DNA of 60,190 nucleotides from a virus: IMG/VR virus record IMGVR_UViG_3300049448_000391, one strand, 5' to 3'. Under the pieces are notes generated by a model. It ran no database searches. It saw only the letters and a program-made list of their open reading frames with translations, and was not told where the DNA came from. A program made the translations under genes and the position numbers. Each line of letters begins with the position of its first letter. Position 1 is the stretch's first letter. Below are positions 44,741 to 52,871 of this stretch, in pieces.

Positions 44741-45018
44741 CCACCCCGCTTCCGTTTCGCCACCTTCGCGGCAGGCAGGGCGCGGAGGCAGAGGAGGAGC
44801 CGAGTCCGGGCCGTCCCCTCGGTGTCCGCGTCGCATCTCACTTCGTCGTTGTTGCGATAGGCGATTGCGATTGCGAACCCGCCCGTGGCGCAGTCGGTGA
44901 CCGTGACGCCAGCGCGGGGGCCGAACGCGCGCTTCGCAGCGGCGCAGAGAGCGGATAGCGATGGGGGGCGGGGCGGGGTCGAACGACTGTCCGCGCGTGA
45001 TCGATTCGGGGCGATCAT
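44734..45018 (-). CDS. Hypothetical protein (94 aa)
   Basis: ATG 45018, 2 nt after the upstream stop; the track ORF to 45222 is an extension overlapping the upstream gene. Confidence 0.45.
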   Translation of the reverse strand: MIAPNRSRADSRSTPPRPPSLSALCAAAKRAFGPRAGVTVTDCATGGFAIAIAYRNNDEVRCDADTEGTARTRLLLCLRALPAAKVAKRKRGGR

Positions 45019-45020
45019 CG

Positions 45021-45683
45021 TCACAGTCGTCCTTCGAGCACCGCGAGCTCCAGCGGCGTCATGTGCCATTGCGCTTCGACGGTGAAGAACCCGCCGCCGA
45101 TGTGTTTGAGCAGGAACGGATCCGGGTCTGGCGGACGCTTCTCCCACTTCGGTTCCCACAAGAGGTAGCGCTCGGTGAGACCGCCCAGCGTCGGACGGAA
45201 CCTCGGCGGGATCTGCGGGCACACCGCTCGCGCGTCACGGAGCCTCAGCAGCTTGTTCCGTTCACGCCATTGCCAGTCACGGATCTCCGCCGGGAACAGG
45301 TTCGACGGGATGCGAGCATGAGGCTCGGAGCGCATGCGGTTCGCGTCATCCAAGAAGACCAGGGAATCGCCATCGAACGAGAGCCCGACGTGCTTCGCGT
45401 CGGCGCGCACGATCGCGAGCTTCGGCAGGAACGTCACCGGGTCGAGCCCGGCCTTGCGCATGACCATCGGTAGAGAGAGCACCGTCTCCTCGCGACCGAG
45501 CGCGCAGAACGCCTTGTGCAGCGCCGCGTCCTCCTTGTCTTGCGCGTCGGGGTAGCGAACGCGGCGACGGGTATCGCCCTCGCCGGTGAAGCGCGCCTCT
45601 CGGTCGTCGCGAACCTTGCGGCCGTATTCGATCGCCTTGTCGCGAGCGGCGTACTTGTCCATTTTCAGGGTTTCTAGGTTCAT
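45021..45683 (-). CDS. Hypothetical protein (220 aa)
   Basis: GGAGGAA SD before ATG 45683 (MNLETLK...); ATGA overlap with the upstream stop. Confidence 0.6.
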   Translation of the reverse strand: MNLETLKMDKYAARDKAIEYGRKVRDDREARFTGEGDTRRRVRYPDAQDKEDAALHKAFCALGREETVLSLPMVMRKAGLDPVTFLPKLAIVRADAKHVGLSFDGDSLVFLDDANRMRSEPHARIPSNLFPAEIRDWQWRERNKLLRLRDARAVCPQIPPRFRPTLGGLTERYLLWEPKWEKRPPDPDPFLLKHIGGGFFTVEAQWHMTPLELAVLEGRL

Positions 45684-45889
45684 GGTCTTCGGTTCCTCCG
45701 CGGCTTCCTGCCGCTGCGTTCTTTCTTCGCTGCGTGCCGGTACGTCTCGACTTTCACGTGGCCGCTGCCGGGCGGGCACTCCTCGCAATAGAGGGCGTGA
45801 CCGGTCGGCTTGCGCCCGACGCTGCACGGCGTACTGCAGCGGACGCAGACCGCGACATGGATCACTTGCGGGATGAGGGCGGAATTCAT
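45680..45889 (-). CDS. Small zinc-ribbon-like protein (69 aa)
   Basis: MNSALIPQ...CVRCSTPC...CEECPPG; ATGA overlaps at both ends. Confidence 0.5.
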   Translation of the reverse strand: MNSALIPQVIHVAVCVRCSTPCSVGRKPTGHALYCEECPPGSGHVKVETYRHAAKKERSGRKPRRNRRP

Positions 45890-46047
45890 CGCCGGAACAT
45901 GTTTCCCATCGCGGTCATGAGGGCGCCGATGACGACGACGAGGCCTCCGCAGATGAGCCACGGCAGCCACGCCCACGTGATGTCGTGCCGCACGGCCACG
46001 AAGAAGAGCGCGACGACCAGGAGCCAGGGGAGGAGGCGGGAGGTCAT
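45886..46047 (-). CDS. Small two-TM membrane protein (53 aa)
   Basis: MTSRLLPWLLVVALFFVAV...WLICGGLVVVIGALM; ATGA overlap with the methyltransferase stop. Confidence 0.5.
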   Translation of the reverse strand: MTSRLLPWLLVVALFFVAVRHDITWAWLPWLICGGLVVVIGALMTAMGNMFRR

Positions 46048-46831
46048 GCGGCCTCCTGCGCGATGAGTTCCCGGATCACCCATCCGACGACCTCAGCGCA
46101 CTGCGGAACAACGGCGTTTCCCAGACAGTGGAGTCGGGAATCGACCAGTCCGTCGAGAAGCCCATCAACGCCTCGACGAATTGCGGGTTCAGGTCCACCG
46201 TCGGCGAGCCACTCGGCCCAGGCGGAAATGTCGTCGGGCCCAGGTGGGAACCGGTGGGGATCCGTAGCACCGCGTCCGAGAGCGACGTCCCCGGGTGCAT
46301 CACGTCCGTCTTCGTCGTGACTCGGCCCGAGCGCTTCGAGTCCGTCACGACCGGCGTGGGCCACGATGAAGATTCGTCCACGGCGGTGCGGGGCGCCGAC
46401 ATCGCTCGCTCGCAACGGGATCGGAAGGCTTTCATAGCCTCGCTCTGCCAGGTCTCCTCGGACGGCATCGACCCAGCGATTCGGTCCGCTGGCGACGTTC
46501 TCGATGACGAGCCAGTCGGGGGCGAGCGCCGAAGCGATTCGAGCGAACTCAAAGTAGAGGCCGCTTCGAGCACCAGTGAGGCCAGCTCCCTTGCCGGACG
46601 AGGAGATGTCCTGACAGGGGAAGCCGCCGCAGAGGAGATCAATGGGGGGGGCTGGTGTCGCCGGCAGATGTCGCGGACATCGTCGAACCTCCTCGTGGTG
46701 GGCCAATGCCGCGCGAGCACGCGGCGACAGAACTCGTCTTGCTCGACCTGCCAAAGCACCGGACCGAGCCCGGCGCGTTCGAGGCCGAGCTCCAGCCCGC
46801 CGATGCCGGAGAAGAGGGAACCGATCTTCAT
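46044..46831 (-). pseudogene. dcm: DNA (cytosine-5)-methyltransferase with a disrupted reading frame (frameshift at a C8/G8 tract; possibly more)
   Basis: ORF 46076..46831 holds motif I ([11 protein letters not shown]); ORF 46044..46754 holds [23 protein letters not shown] and LGNAVVPQ. The switch coincides with G8 at 46644-46651. Confidence 0.7.
46644..46651. repeat. G8 (C8 on the coding strand) homopolymer at the methyltransferase frameshift point
   Basis: Counted directly; one extra C would fuse ...RRHQPPP to [12 protein letters not shown] in frame. Confidence 0.9.
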
Positions 46832-47976
46832 TGCGCCGCCGCGTCGTCGGACGCCTCGGTCTCGAACGCCTCGAGCGATGAAAGCGTCGCGTCGATCGTG
46901 GGCCAGCGGGCGAGGAAGAAGACGTTCGCCTCCTCCGTCGCGAACTCCGGCGGCTTCACCTGGCGGAGGCGCGCCGCGTAGTCTCTCAGGCGCTCCCCGT
47001 CGGGCTTCAGGGCTTCGAGCCTGGCGGCGTGGGCGGCCTTCCTCTCTTCCTCGGCGATCCGGCGCTGCTCCGCCTCGACGCGTTCTCGCTCGAGCCGCTC
47101 CTTGGCCTCCTGCTCCGCCTTGATCTTCGCCTGCCGCTCGAACTCCTCGCGCTCGACCTTCTCCCGAGCGGCGTCGAGCTCGCGGCGCTGGGCGTCGAGG
47201 CGCTCCTGTTCGGCGCGCTGCCCCGCGGCGATGCGGTCGCGTTCGACCTGGAGGGACCTCTCGGCGAGCTCGCGCTCGTGCAGGGCGTCCGCGATCCGCT
47301 TCCGGTCCTCCTCCTCAGCAAGACGGCGATCGGCTTCGAGCTTGGCGCGCTCTTCGGCGATCTTCGCCTGCTCCGCGCGGGCGCGGGCTTCCTCGTCGGC
47401 GCGCGCCTTTGCGGTCTGAGCCTCGAGCTCGCGACGCAAGGATTCGAGCCGCTCAGCCTCGATCGCCTGGGCCTTCCGCTCATCGGCGAGACGGGCCTCC
47501 TCGGCGTCGCGCTCGGCCTTGAGGCGGGCGGCTTCCTGCTCGCGGAGCTCCCGGAGCCGAGCTTCCTCGGCCTCGCGCGCCTCCCGGATCGTGCGCTCGA
47601 TCTCGGCTCGCTCGGCCTCTTCCTTCTCGCGCTTCAGCCGCTCCTTCTCTTCGTCGATCGCCTTGATCAGCGCGTCGAGGCGCTCCTCGGTCGGCTCGAT
47701 GGCGGCCGTCAGGTCCTTCGCGGCGGCGTCGACCGCTTTTCCGTAGATCAAGGCTCCGCGCTTCAGATCCTTCCGGCGGGCCTCGATGCTCGTGCGCGTC
47801 GTGCGGAGGTGAGCGCGGGCTTTCGTGACCTCCTTGTATTTCTCGGGGGTCTCCGCGGACGTGAGCGCGTCGTACTTCGAGGCCATCGCGCGGGCCTCTT
47901 CGATGCTGAACTCGTATTTCACGAGCGGGACGATCGTTGCGCCCGCGGCTTCCACTATTTCGGTTTCGTCGGACAT
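46828..47976 (-). CDS. Long coiled-coil protein (Glu/Arg/Ala-rich)
   Basis: AGGAGA SD; 382 aa with a central segment of about 230 aa of E/R/A/K heptads; adjacent to the recombination genes. Confidence 0.65.
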   Translation of the reverse strand: MSDETEIVEAAGATIVPLVKYEFSIEEARAMASKYDALTSAETPEKYKEVTKARAHLRTTRTSIEARRKDLKRGALIYGKAVDAAAKDLTAAIEPTEERLDALIKAIDEEKERLKREKEEAERAEIERTIREAREAEEARLRELREQEAARLKAERDAEEARLADERKAQAIEAERLESLRRELEAQTAKARADEEARARAEQAKIAEERAKLEADRRLAEEEDRKRIADALHERELAERSLQVERDRIAAGQRAEQERLDAQRRELDAAREKVEREEFERQAKIKAEQEAKERLERERVEAEQRRIAEEERKAAHAARLEALKPDGERLRDYAARLRQVKPPEFATEEANVFFLARWPTIDATLSSLEAFETEASDDAAAQ

Positions 47977-47986
47977 GGGGGTCTCC

Positions 47987-48448
47987 TCAGTAGTTCTCGG
48001 GATCCAAGTCGTCGTCTGCCGGCGGCGCGGCCTTGCGCTGCCCGTTACCGGCCCGCGCGTGAACGCGTGGCTTCGCGCTCGGTGGTGCGGCGTTCACTTG
48101 CTCCTCGCCGCGGACGCCGCTCCACACCGCGTCCGGGTACCACTCGCGCCACGCGATCCACTTCGCGAGGTTCTCCGCCATCTTCGAATCCCTCGCGGCC
48201 CACTCGTTCCCCTCGCGCGCGGCGGAATCGAGCGAGCGGTTCCGGAACCAGCGGAGGCTCTCCAGGGATGTCTCGGACGCCCACTGGTAGCCGGCCTTGA
48301 TGTGGAGCTGCGTGTCGTACTTCCCCCGACGAGGCTCCTCCGGCTTCGCGCGCGCGAGCAGGGACGCGGACGTCTCCTGGTCGAGCGAGTCGAAGAGCAC
48401 CCGCAACGCGATGCCGGGAGGGAGCGAAAAGAACTCGTCGGGGGTCAT
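47987..48448 (-). CDS. Hypothetical protein with acidic C-terminal tip
   Basis: 153 aa; ends PPADDDLDPENY. Confidence 0.55.
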   Translation of the reverse strand: MTPDEFFSLPPGIALRVLFDSLDQETSASLLARAKPEEPRRGKYDTQLHIKAGYQWASETSLESLRWFRNRSLDSAAREGNEWAARDSKMAENLAKWIAWREWYPDAVWSGVRGEEQVNAAPPSAKPRVHARAGNGQRKAAPPADDDLDPENY

Positions 48449-48454
48449 CGGGGA

Positions 48455-49294
48455 TCAGTTCTTGTCTTCGTTCTTCTTCTCGACGCCCTCGGCCTCGATG
48501 AGGCCTTCGCGCTCCATGGCCTCCGCGATGACGGGATCCATGGTCGCGAGAAGCGACGTCCCGATCTCCGGTGCCTCGTCGAGTGCGGTCGCGAGCGCGA
48601 TCCGTTCCGTCGACTTCGGCATCCAGCGGAAGTGGGCGCGGACCGCCGTCTTCAGGCACATGGCCGCGTAGTCCGTCACCCACGGTCCCGACTTCGCCGC
48701 CGGGGAGCGGTCGCGGCGGGTGTTGATCTCGGCGATCGAGAGGACCGTGAACTGCTTCCGGCCGTCCGGTGTCACCGACACCGCGTAGGCGTGCGTGATC
48801 GGCTTCGCCTCCCGATCCGGCGCGTCGCTCTGCACGTGGTCGACGCTCGGATCCGTGCCGAGCTTCACGCGGAAGTCGTCGCCCTGGCGGACGAGGTAGC
48901 CGTACACGGTGACGCCCGCGCGCCCCGCGAGCTCGAGCATCCCCTGATAGCCGAGCTGCAGGGTGCACTCCTTCTTGCCCGTCTTGTTGTTCTGCCTGGG
49001 GATCAGGTAGGCGAGCCCGAGCGGCGTGTTCGGTTCGAGCCCGAGCTGCGCGCACGAGAGAACGCACCCGACGAAGGACGCCTGCGTGCACTCCGCGAGT
49101 TCCGGGTTGATCCGGATCGCAGTGAGAACGATTCGCGCCATGCGGTCGCCCGTCATGTGCTTCGGGAGCGCGAGCGCGATCTGCGGCGTCATCTTCTGGA
49201 TGATCTCGGCCATCTTGTCGCCGGGCTTCTTCTCCTCGGTGCGGGGAACGATCTGCCCGGTCTTGTCGGTCTGGGGGGTGGACATGGGATTCAC
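48455..49294 (-). CDS. recT: RecT-family single-strand annealing protein
   Basis: ASFVGCVLSCAQLGLEPNTPLGLAYLIP, LGYQGMLELA, KTAVRAHFRWMP blocks are typical of RecT; GTG 49294 in GTGA overlap (or ATG 49285). Confidence 0.85.
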   Translation of the reverse strand: MNPMSTPQTDKTGQIVPRTEEKKPGDKMAEIIQKMTPQIALALPKHMTGDRMARIVLTAIRINPELAECTQASFVGCVLSCAQLGLEPNTPLGLAYLIPRQNNKTGKKECTLQLGYQGMLELAGRAGVTVYGYLVRQGDDFRVKLGTDPSVDHVQSDAPDREAKPITHAYAVSVTPDGRKQFTVLSIAEINTRRDRSPAAKSGPWVTDYAAMCLKTAVRAHFRWMPKSTERIALATALDEAPEIGTSLLATMDPVIAEAMEREGLIEAEGVEKKNEDKN

Positions 49295-50247
49295 TTTCCT
49301 TTGGGTTGATGCAGTCGCAGCACTCGGAAGCTGTTCGCCGCCACGGTGAACTCCCTCCGGTGTTGCAGCTTGTTCGAGAACGAGCGCCCGTCGGTCATCA
49401 CGCCGACTTCGGCGGCTCCGATCCCGGCGCGCACCTCGTTCTCCAGGACGTCGATCCGCTCGGCGACGCGCTTCCGGTCCGCCTTCAGGCGCTCGAGCTC
49501 GTCCGCTACGTCGCGCATCGTGCCCGGGAGCACGACGACGCCGTGCCCTTCCGGGTAGAGCGCCGTGAGCGCGCGCCGTGTCTCCTCGCTACCATCCGGA
49601 GCGGGCACGTCGCGGGCCTGGACGCGCTGCCAGAAGCGTTCGCCGTGGTAGACGATCTTTCGGATCGTCACCTCGTCGCGCGGCACGTCCGCCCACACCA
49701 TGCGGTTCCCGCCGAGGAGCGCGGCGATCGTCGCCCGCTGCGCGCCCGTTACGAGCATCTGCTGTTGAACCTGGAGGAAGTAGTGCGGCGGCGGACCGTC
49801 GACCCACTCGTCCCCCATGAAGCTCGAAACGTTCTTCACCTCGAGCGGCCACGCCTCGACGTCGTTCGCCGCGTCCCAGGTCTTCCCGTCCAGCGTGCAC
49901 ATCGCCCACGGATGCGCCGTCGAGCGGAGGAGGAGCCCGTCCTTGCGCGTCCGTCTTCCAGTGCGCTCCTGGTACGCCTCGATGACGCGATCCTCGAGCT
50001 TGAGTCCCCAATAGATCGCCTCGACGTCGGACAGGTCGCGCTCGTACGCGCCGGTCTTCTTCGCATAGAGGGCGAGCGCGCCGCCCCATGCCCTCGGGGC
50101 TTCGCCGAGTGCCATGGCGATCTCCGAGGCGCCGATCCCCGAGTGACGATGGCGGAGCCAGCTCTCGCGATCGTCCGTCGTGCACACGAGCTCGCAGTGC
50201 GGGCTCTCTGCTTCGATCACACGGCCGGCTTGCTGCGCTGCGCTCAT
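49291..50247 (-). CDS. YqaJ/lambda-Exo-type recombination exonuclease
   Basis: ATG 50247 in ATGA overlap; GIGASEIAMALG, PLEVKN (E.K) and HYFLQVQQQM blocks; paired with recT. Confidence 0.8.
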   Translation of the reverse strand: MSAAQQAGRVIEAESPHCELVCTTDDRESWLRHRHSGIGASEIAMALGEAPRAWGGALALYAKKTGAYERDLSDVEAIYWGLKLEDRVIEAYQERTGRRTRKDGLLLRSTAHPWAMCTLDGKTWDAANDVEAWPLEVKNVSSFMGDEWVDGPPPHYFLQVQQQMLVTGAQRATIAALLGGNRMVWADVPRDEVTIRKIVYHGERFWQRVQARDVPAPDGSEETRRALTALYPEGHGVVVLPGTMRDVADELERLKADRKRVAERIDVLENEVRAGIGAAEVGVMTDGRSFSNKLQHRREFTVAANSFRVLRLHQPKGK

Positions 50248-50747
50248 GATGCTTTTTGCTCCCGTGGGAAGTTGAGGACCGCGAATGCTCCGAAGAAGTG
50301 CATCGCCGCGGCGTCCCACACGCGCGCCGCGGCCTCCTCGTCGAGGAAATACCCGAGCCCCATCTTCTTTCCGGCGGACTGGATCTGAGCCTTCCAGCGC
50401 GACGTCGGCGCGTACCAGGACACGCCGATGAAGCGGCTCGTCTTACGGCCACCGCGCACACGGTTCTGCGCATTCTGTGCGGCCGTGGCGAAGCGTAGGT
50501 TCTCGCGGCGGTTGTCGAGGCCGTCACGATTCTTGTGATCGACGCGCTGCCCGCGAGGCGCCGCGAGGATGGCTCGGTGCATCGAGAGCGTCGCGCGGCG
50601 GCCGTCGGGGCGCTTGATGTTCCGGATCGCGTACCAGGCGAGACCCGGCGGCATTATCACCGCGTGCCAGCGGTGCTTTGCCAGCTCCGGATAGTCCTCG
50701 TCGTCGACGAGCGCGACCTTCCCCTGCGTGAGAACGATCTCCCTCAC
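50244..50747 (-). CDS. HNH endonuclease with AP2 DNA-binding domain (homing-endonuclease-like)
   Basis: VDHKNRDGLDNRRENLR...AQN (HNH) followed by SRFIGVSWYAPTSRWKAQI...GYF...AARVWD (AP2). Confidence 0.8.
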   Translation of the reverse strand: MREIVLTQGKVALVDDEDYPELAKHRWHAVIMPPGLAWYAIRNIKRPDGRRATLSMHRAILAAPRGQRVDHKNRDGLDNRRENLRFATAAQNAQNRVRGGRKTSRFIGVSWYAPTSRWKAQIQSAGKKMGLGYFLDEEAAARVWDAAAMHFFGAFAVLNFPREQKAS

Positions 50748-51016
50748 GCGGTCTCCTTCGAGCCGTCACTCCGCGCAGCGCGCGCGAGGATCAGCTCCGC
50801 GCCCGTCCTGAGCTCGTCCCGCTCCTCTGCCGCCTGTTCGAAGAACGCGGCCCGTACCGCCTCGGCATCGAACGCGCGCGCCTTCTGCCTCGCGCGCTCC
50901 GCAAGCTCGGAGAACCCGAGACGGTCGGCGTCCTTCGCGAGCCTGAAGCCGAGCGCGGCGGCGCAGCGGAGGGAGACGGAATCCTCGCGCGGGCGGAGAG
51001 AGCGAACGTTCTTCAT
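50744..51016 (-). CDS. Hypothetical protein (90 aa)
   Basis: ATG 51016 in ATGA overlap; GTGA overlap downstream. Confidence 0.45.
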   Translation of the reverse strand: MKNVRSLRPREDSVSLRCAAALGFRLAKDADRLGFSELAERARQKARAFDAEAVRAAFFEQAAEERDELRTGAELILARAARSDGSKETA

Positions 51017-51219
51017 CGCATCGCCTCCCTCACCGCGGCGTCCCACCGGCGACGCGCAAGCACCCAGTCGATCTGAAAGTCCGGCTCATCAGGAAAGCGG
51101 CGCAAGTTCTCGTCCGCCAAGTTCATGCTCGCCAGTGCTTCCAGGACGGCGCTCTTCGCTGGCGTGGCGCCGACGTGGTCGTGGGGACCGGGCTCGCGCG
51201 CATCGTCGTCGAAGCTCAC
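51013..51219 (-). CDS. Hypothetical protein (68 aa)
   Basis: AGGAGG SD then GTG 51219 (GTGA overlap). Confidence 0.45.
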   Translation of the reverse strand: MSFDDDAREPGPHDHVGATPAKSAVLEALASMNLADENLRRFPDEPDFQIDWVLARRRWDAAVREAMR

Positions 51220-51497
51220 GACGCCCTCCTCGTCTCGATCTCTTCCCGACACGCCGAGATCAGCACCGTGAGCGCCGCCACCGCGGGCTCGATCTTGGCG
51301 CGCATCGCCTCGAAGCATCCGGCGCCCGACGCGATCTGCAGCGCGTCGAGCAGGCTCACGCGCGCGTCACACGCGACACGGTGGAGCTCGCGGGCGTCGG
51401 CGGGGAAGGCGAGCGGGATCGTCGAGCGGGCGTCGCGGAGGGCCGTGACGGCGGCGGTTTGGAGGACGTGGAGGTGAGAGAAGGAGCGATCGATCAC
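51216..51497 (-). CDS. Hypothetical protein (93 aa)
   Basis: GAAGGA SD then GTG 51497 in GTGA overlap. Confidence 0.45.
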   Translation of the reverse strand: MIDRSFSHLHVLQTAAVTALRDARSTIPLAFPADARELHRVACDARVSLLDALQIASGAGCFEAMRAKIEPAVAALTVLISACREEIETRRAS

Positions 51498-51697
51498 GGC
51501 GAGATCCTTCCGGGTTGGATGCGCGTCCTGGCTTCCCTCGCCCGCGACGTCACCGCCAAGCGCTGGTCGAGGATGCGGAGGAGGCCGGCATGCTGAGCGG
51601 TCCGGGGAGAACGGATGCGGGTGGGGAGGGGCTCCGTCAGAACGAACTGCGGGTCTTCGGTGATCGAGACTTCGGCAGAGACGACGAGGGCGAGCAT
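51494..51697 (-). CDS. Hypothetical protein (67 aa)
   Basis: ATG 51697 in TGATG overlap with the upstream stop. Confidence 0.45.
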   Translation of the reverse strand: MLALVVSAEVSITEDPQFVLTEPLPTRIRSPRTAQHAGLLRILDQRLAVTSRAREARTRIQPGRISP

Positions 51698-51975
51698 CAG
51701 ACGTCCGCCTCTCCGGTCGTGCGCGCGAGCTCTTCGATCGACCGCTGACCGAACAGCTTCCGCTCGGTGATCCGACAGGCCACGGAGCTGCACTCGCGGC
51801 ACGTGGTGTTGTGCGGATCCGAGGTGCCGTGCCCGAGCGGTATCCCGGTGGCCTCGTCGCGCTCACCGTCGAGGGCGGGATCGTAGGCGACCCTGACGAT
51901 CACCTTGCCGCACAGGGAGCGGCGACGGGTCGCGCCTTCGTTGCGGCGGACCTGGTGGACGACGTGAGCGGTCAT
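51697..51975 (-). CDS. Hypothetical protein (92 aa)
   Basis: ATGA overlap with the upstream gene; TCRECSSVAC Cys pair. Confidence 0.5.
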   Translation of the reverse strand: MTAHVVHQVRRNEGATRRRSLCGKVIVRVAYDPALDGERDEATGIPLGHGTSDPHNTTCRECSSVACRITERKLFGQRSIEELARTTGEADV

Positions 51976-52289
51976 CGGCCGATCCCCCCTTCACGGCTCT
52001 CGCGTTCAAAGTCGGCGCGGTCCTGACGGTCGGCGGCGAGGAAGGCTGAGATTTCGGCGGCCGCGTCGCTGTCCTTCGTGACGGCGTAGAGCTCGTCGAT
52101 GTCGAACGAGTCGAGGGCGTGGTCGGCGCAGTACGTTTCGTCCCGGTCGGAGGCGTCGGCCACGATGGCGGGGGAGACGCAGCCGGGGCGGTGGCACGTG
52201 AAGCCGGGAGGGCAAAGCTGGAGGCGAGGGCGCTTCGCGGAAGTGGAGGAGCGGGCGGCGGTGAGGGGGCGGGGTGTCGCGGGCTGCAT
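51972..52289 (-). CDS. First gene of the leftward early operon (105 aa)
   Basis: ATG 52289 lies 9 nt downstream of a TAATAT -10 box. Confidence 0.55.
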   Translation of the reverse strand: MQPATPRPLTAARSSTSAKRPRLQLCPPGFTCHRPGCVSPAIVADASDRDETYCADHALDSFDIDELYAVTKDSDAAAEISAFLAADRQDRADFERESREGGIGR

Positions 52290-52298
52290 GGTTTGGGT

Positions 52299-52326
52299 AT
52301 ATTAACCTAAACCCATCGCTGTGCAA
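52299..52326 (-). promoter_or_regulatory. Sigma-70-like early-left promoter (near-leaderless)
   Basis: Minus strand: TTGCAC-16 nt-TAATAT, then ACCCAAACC ATG; lies in an AT-rich patch with an inverted repeat GGTTTGGGT-N6-ACCTAAACC. Confidence 0.55.
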
Positions 52327-52336
52327 GAGGGTGAAC

Positions 52337-52369
52337 AAAAAAAGTTAGGGCCGCTCCGGAGAGCAGCCC
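52337..52369 (-). terminator. Intrinsic terminator after the repressor-position gene
   Basis: Minus-strand RNA: GGGCUGCUC-UCCG-GAGCGGCCC followed by UAACUUUUUUUG. Confidence 0.8.
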
Positions 52370-52411
52370 TGGAGTGCCGCGAACGACGCTATTCCCTGCC
52401 TGGAGACGCCG

Positions 52412-52786
52412 TCAGTGTCCCCTTGCCACAGCTCTCAGGGTGCCGCTCTTGGTTCGCTTTCGCGGACCTCGCGCGGGCGCCGGCTTCGCGCGCATGTGCT
52501 CGGCGTAGCCGCGTCCCGTGCGGTCCCACCAACTTAGCGCCTCGTCCAACACCCTCCCCGGCGAGCGTTCTCCTAAGACCTCCGCGAGCCTGATCAGTCC
52601 CATAATTCCGGCCCCGCGAGCATTTCTCATCTGGTGAAGAATCTGCTTCCCGTGCTTCGGGTCGCCGCCCCCAAGGATCTTCCTCACTTCGGTCATCCTT
52701 TCCGGACCGATCTTCTCCTCTTGCTCGAGTCTCCACCGCGCGTACCACCCCGGCGCCTCTTCTCGGTCGTCATTGCTCCGGGCCAT
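52412..52786 (-). CDS. Putative regulator in the CI (repressor) position
   Basis: 124 aa, divergent from the cro-like gene; possible HTH ILHQMRNARGAGIMGLIRLAEVLG; role inferred from position. Confidence 0.4.
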   Translation of the reverse strand: MARSNDDREEAPGWYARWRLEQEEKIGPERMTEVRKILGGGDPKHGKQILHQMRNARGAGIMGLIRLAEVLGERSPGRVLDEALSWWDRTGRGYAEHMRAKPAPARGPRKRTKSGTLRAVARGH

Positions 52787-52842
52787 GATGGCGATCCTAG
52801 CTCCGTTTAGCGGACTGAACACAGCCGCGCTGTGCGGTGGGG

Positions 52843-52871
52843 TTGACAGAGTCGCGGTCGGGGTATATGAA
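52843..52871 (+). promoter_or_regulatory. Sigma-70-like early-right promoter
   Basis: TTGACA (52843-52848), 15-17 nt spacer, TATATG/TATGAA; ATG 52881 only about 10 nt downstream. Confidence 0.55.

Noticed and set aside
47029-48300. 423-aa plus-strand ORF antisense to the coiled-coil gene.
   Set aside because: Its Leu/Gly/Arg repeats are simply the complement of the Glu/Arg/Ala codon repeats. The minus-strand gene has an AGGAGA SD and coupling to its neighbours.
52321-52593. 90-aa plus-strand ORF starting in the early-left promoter region.
   Set aside because: It is antisense to the repressor-position gene and runs through the intrinsic terminator, with no SD. An antisense RNA cannot be excluded, but there is no protein-coding support.
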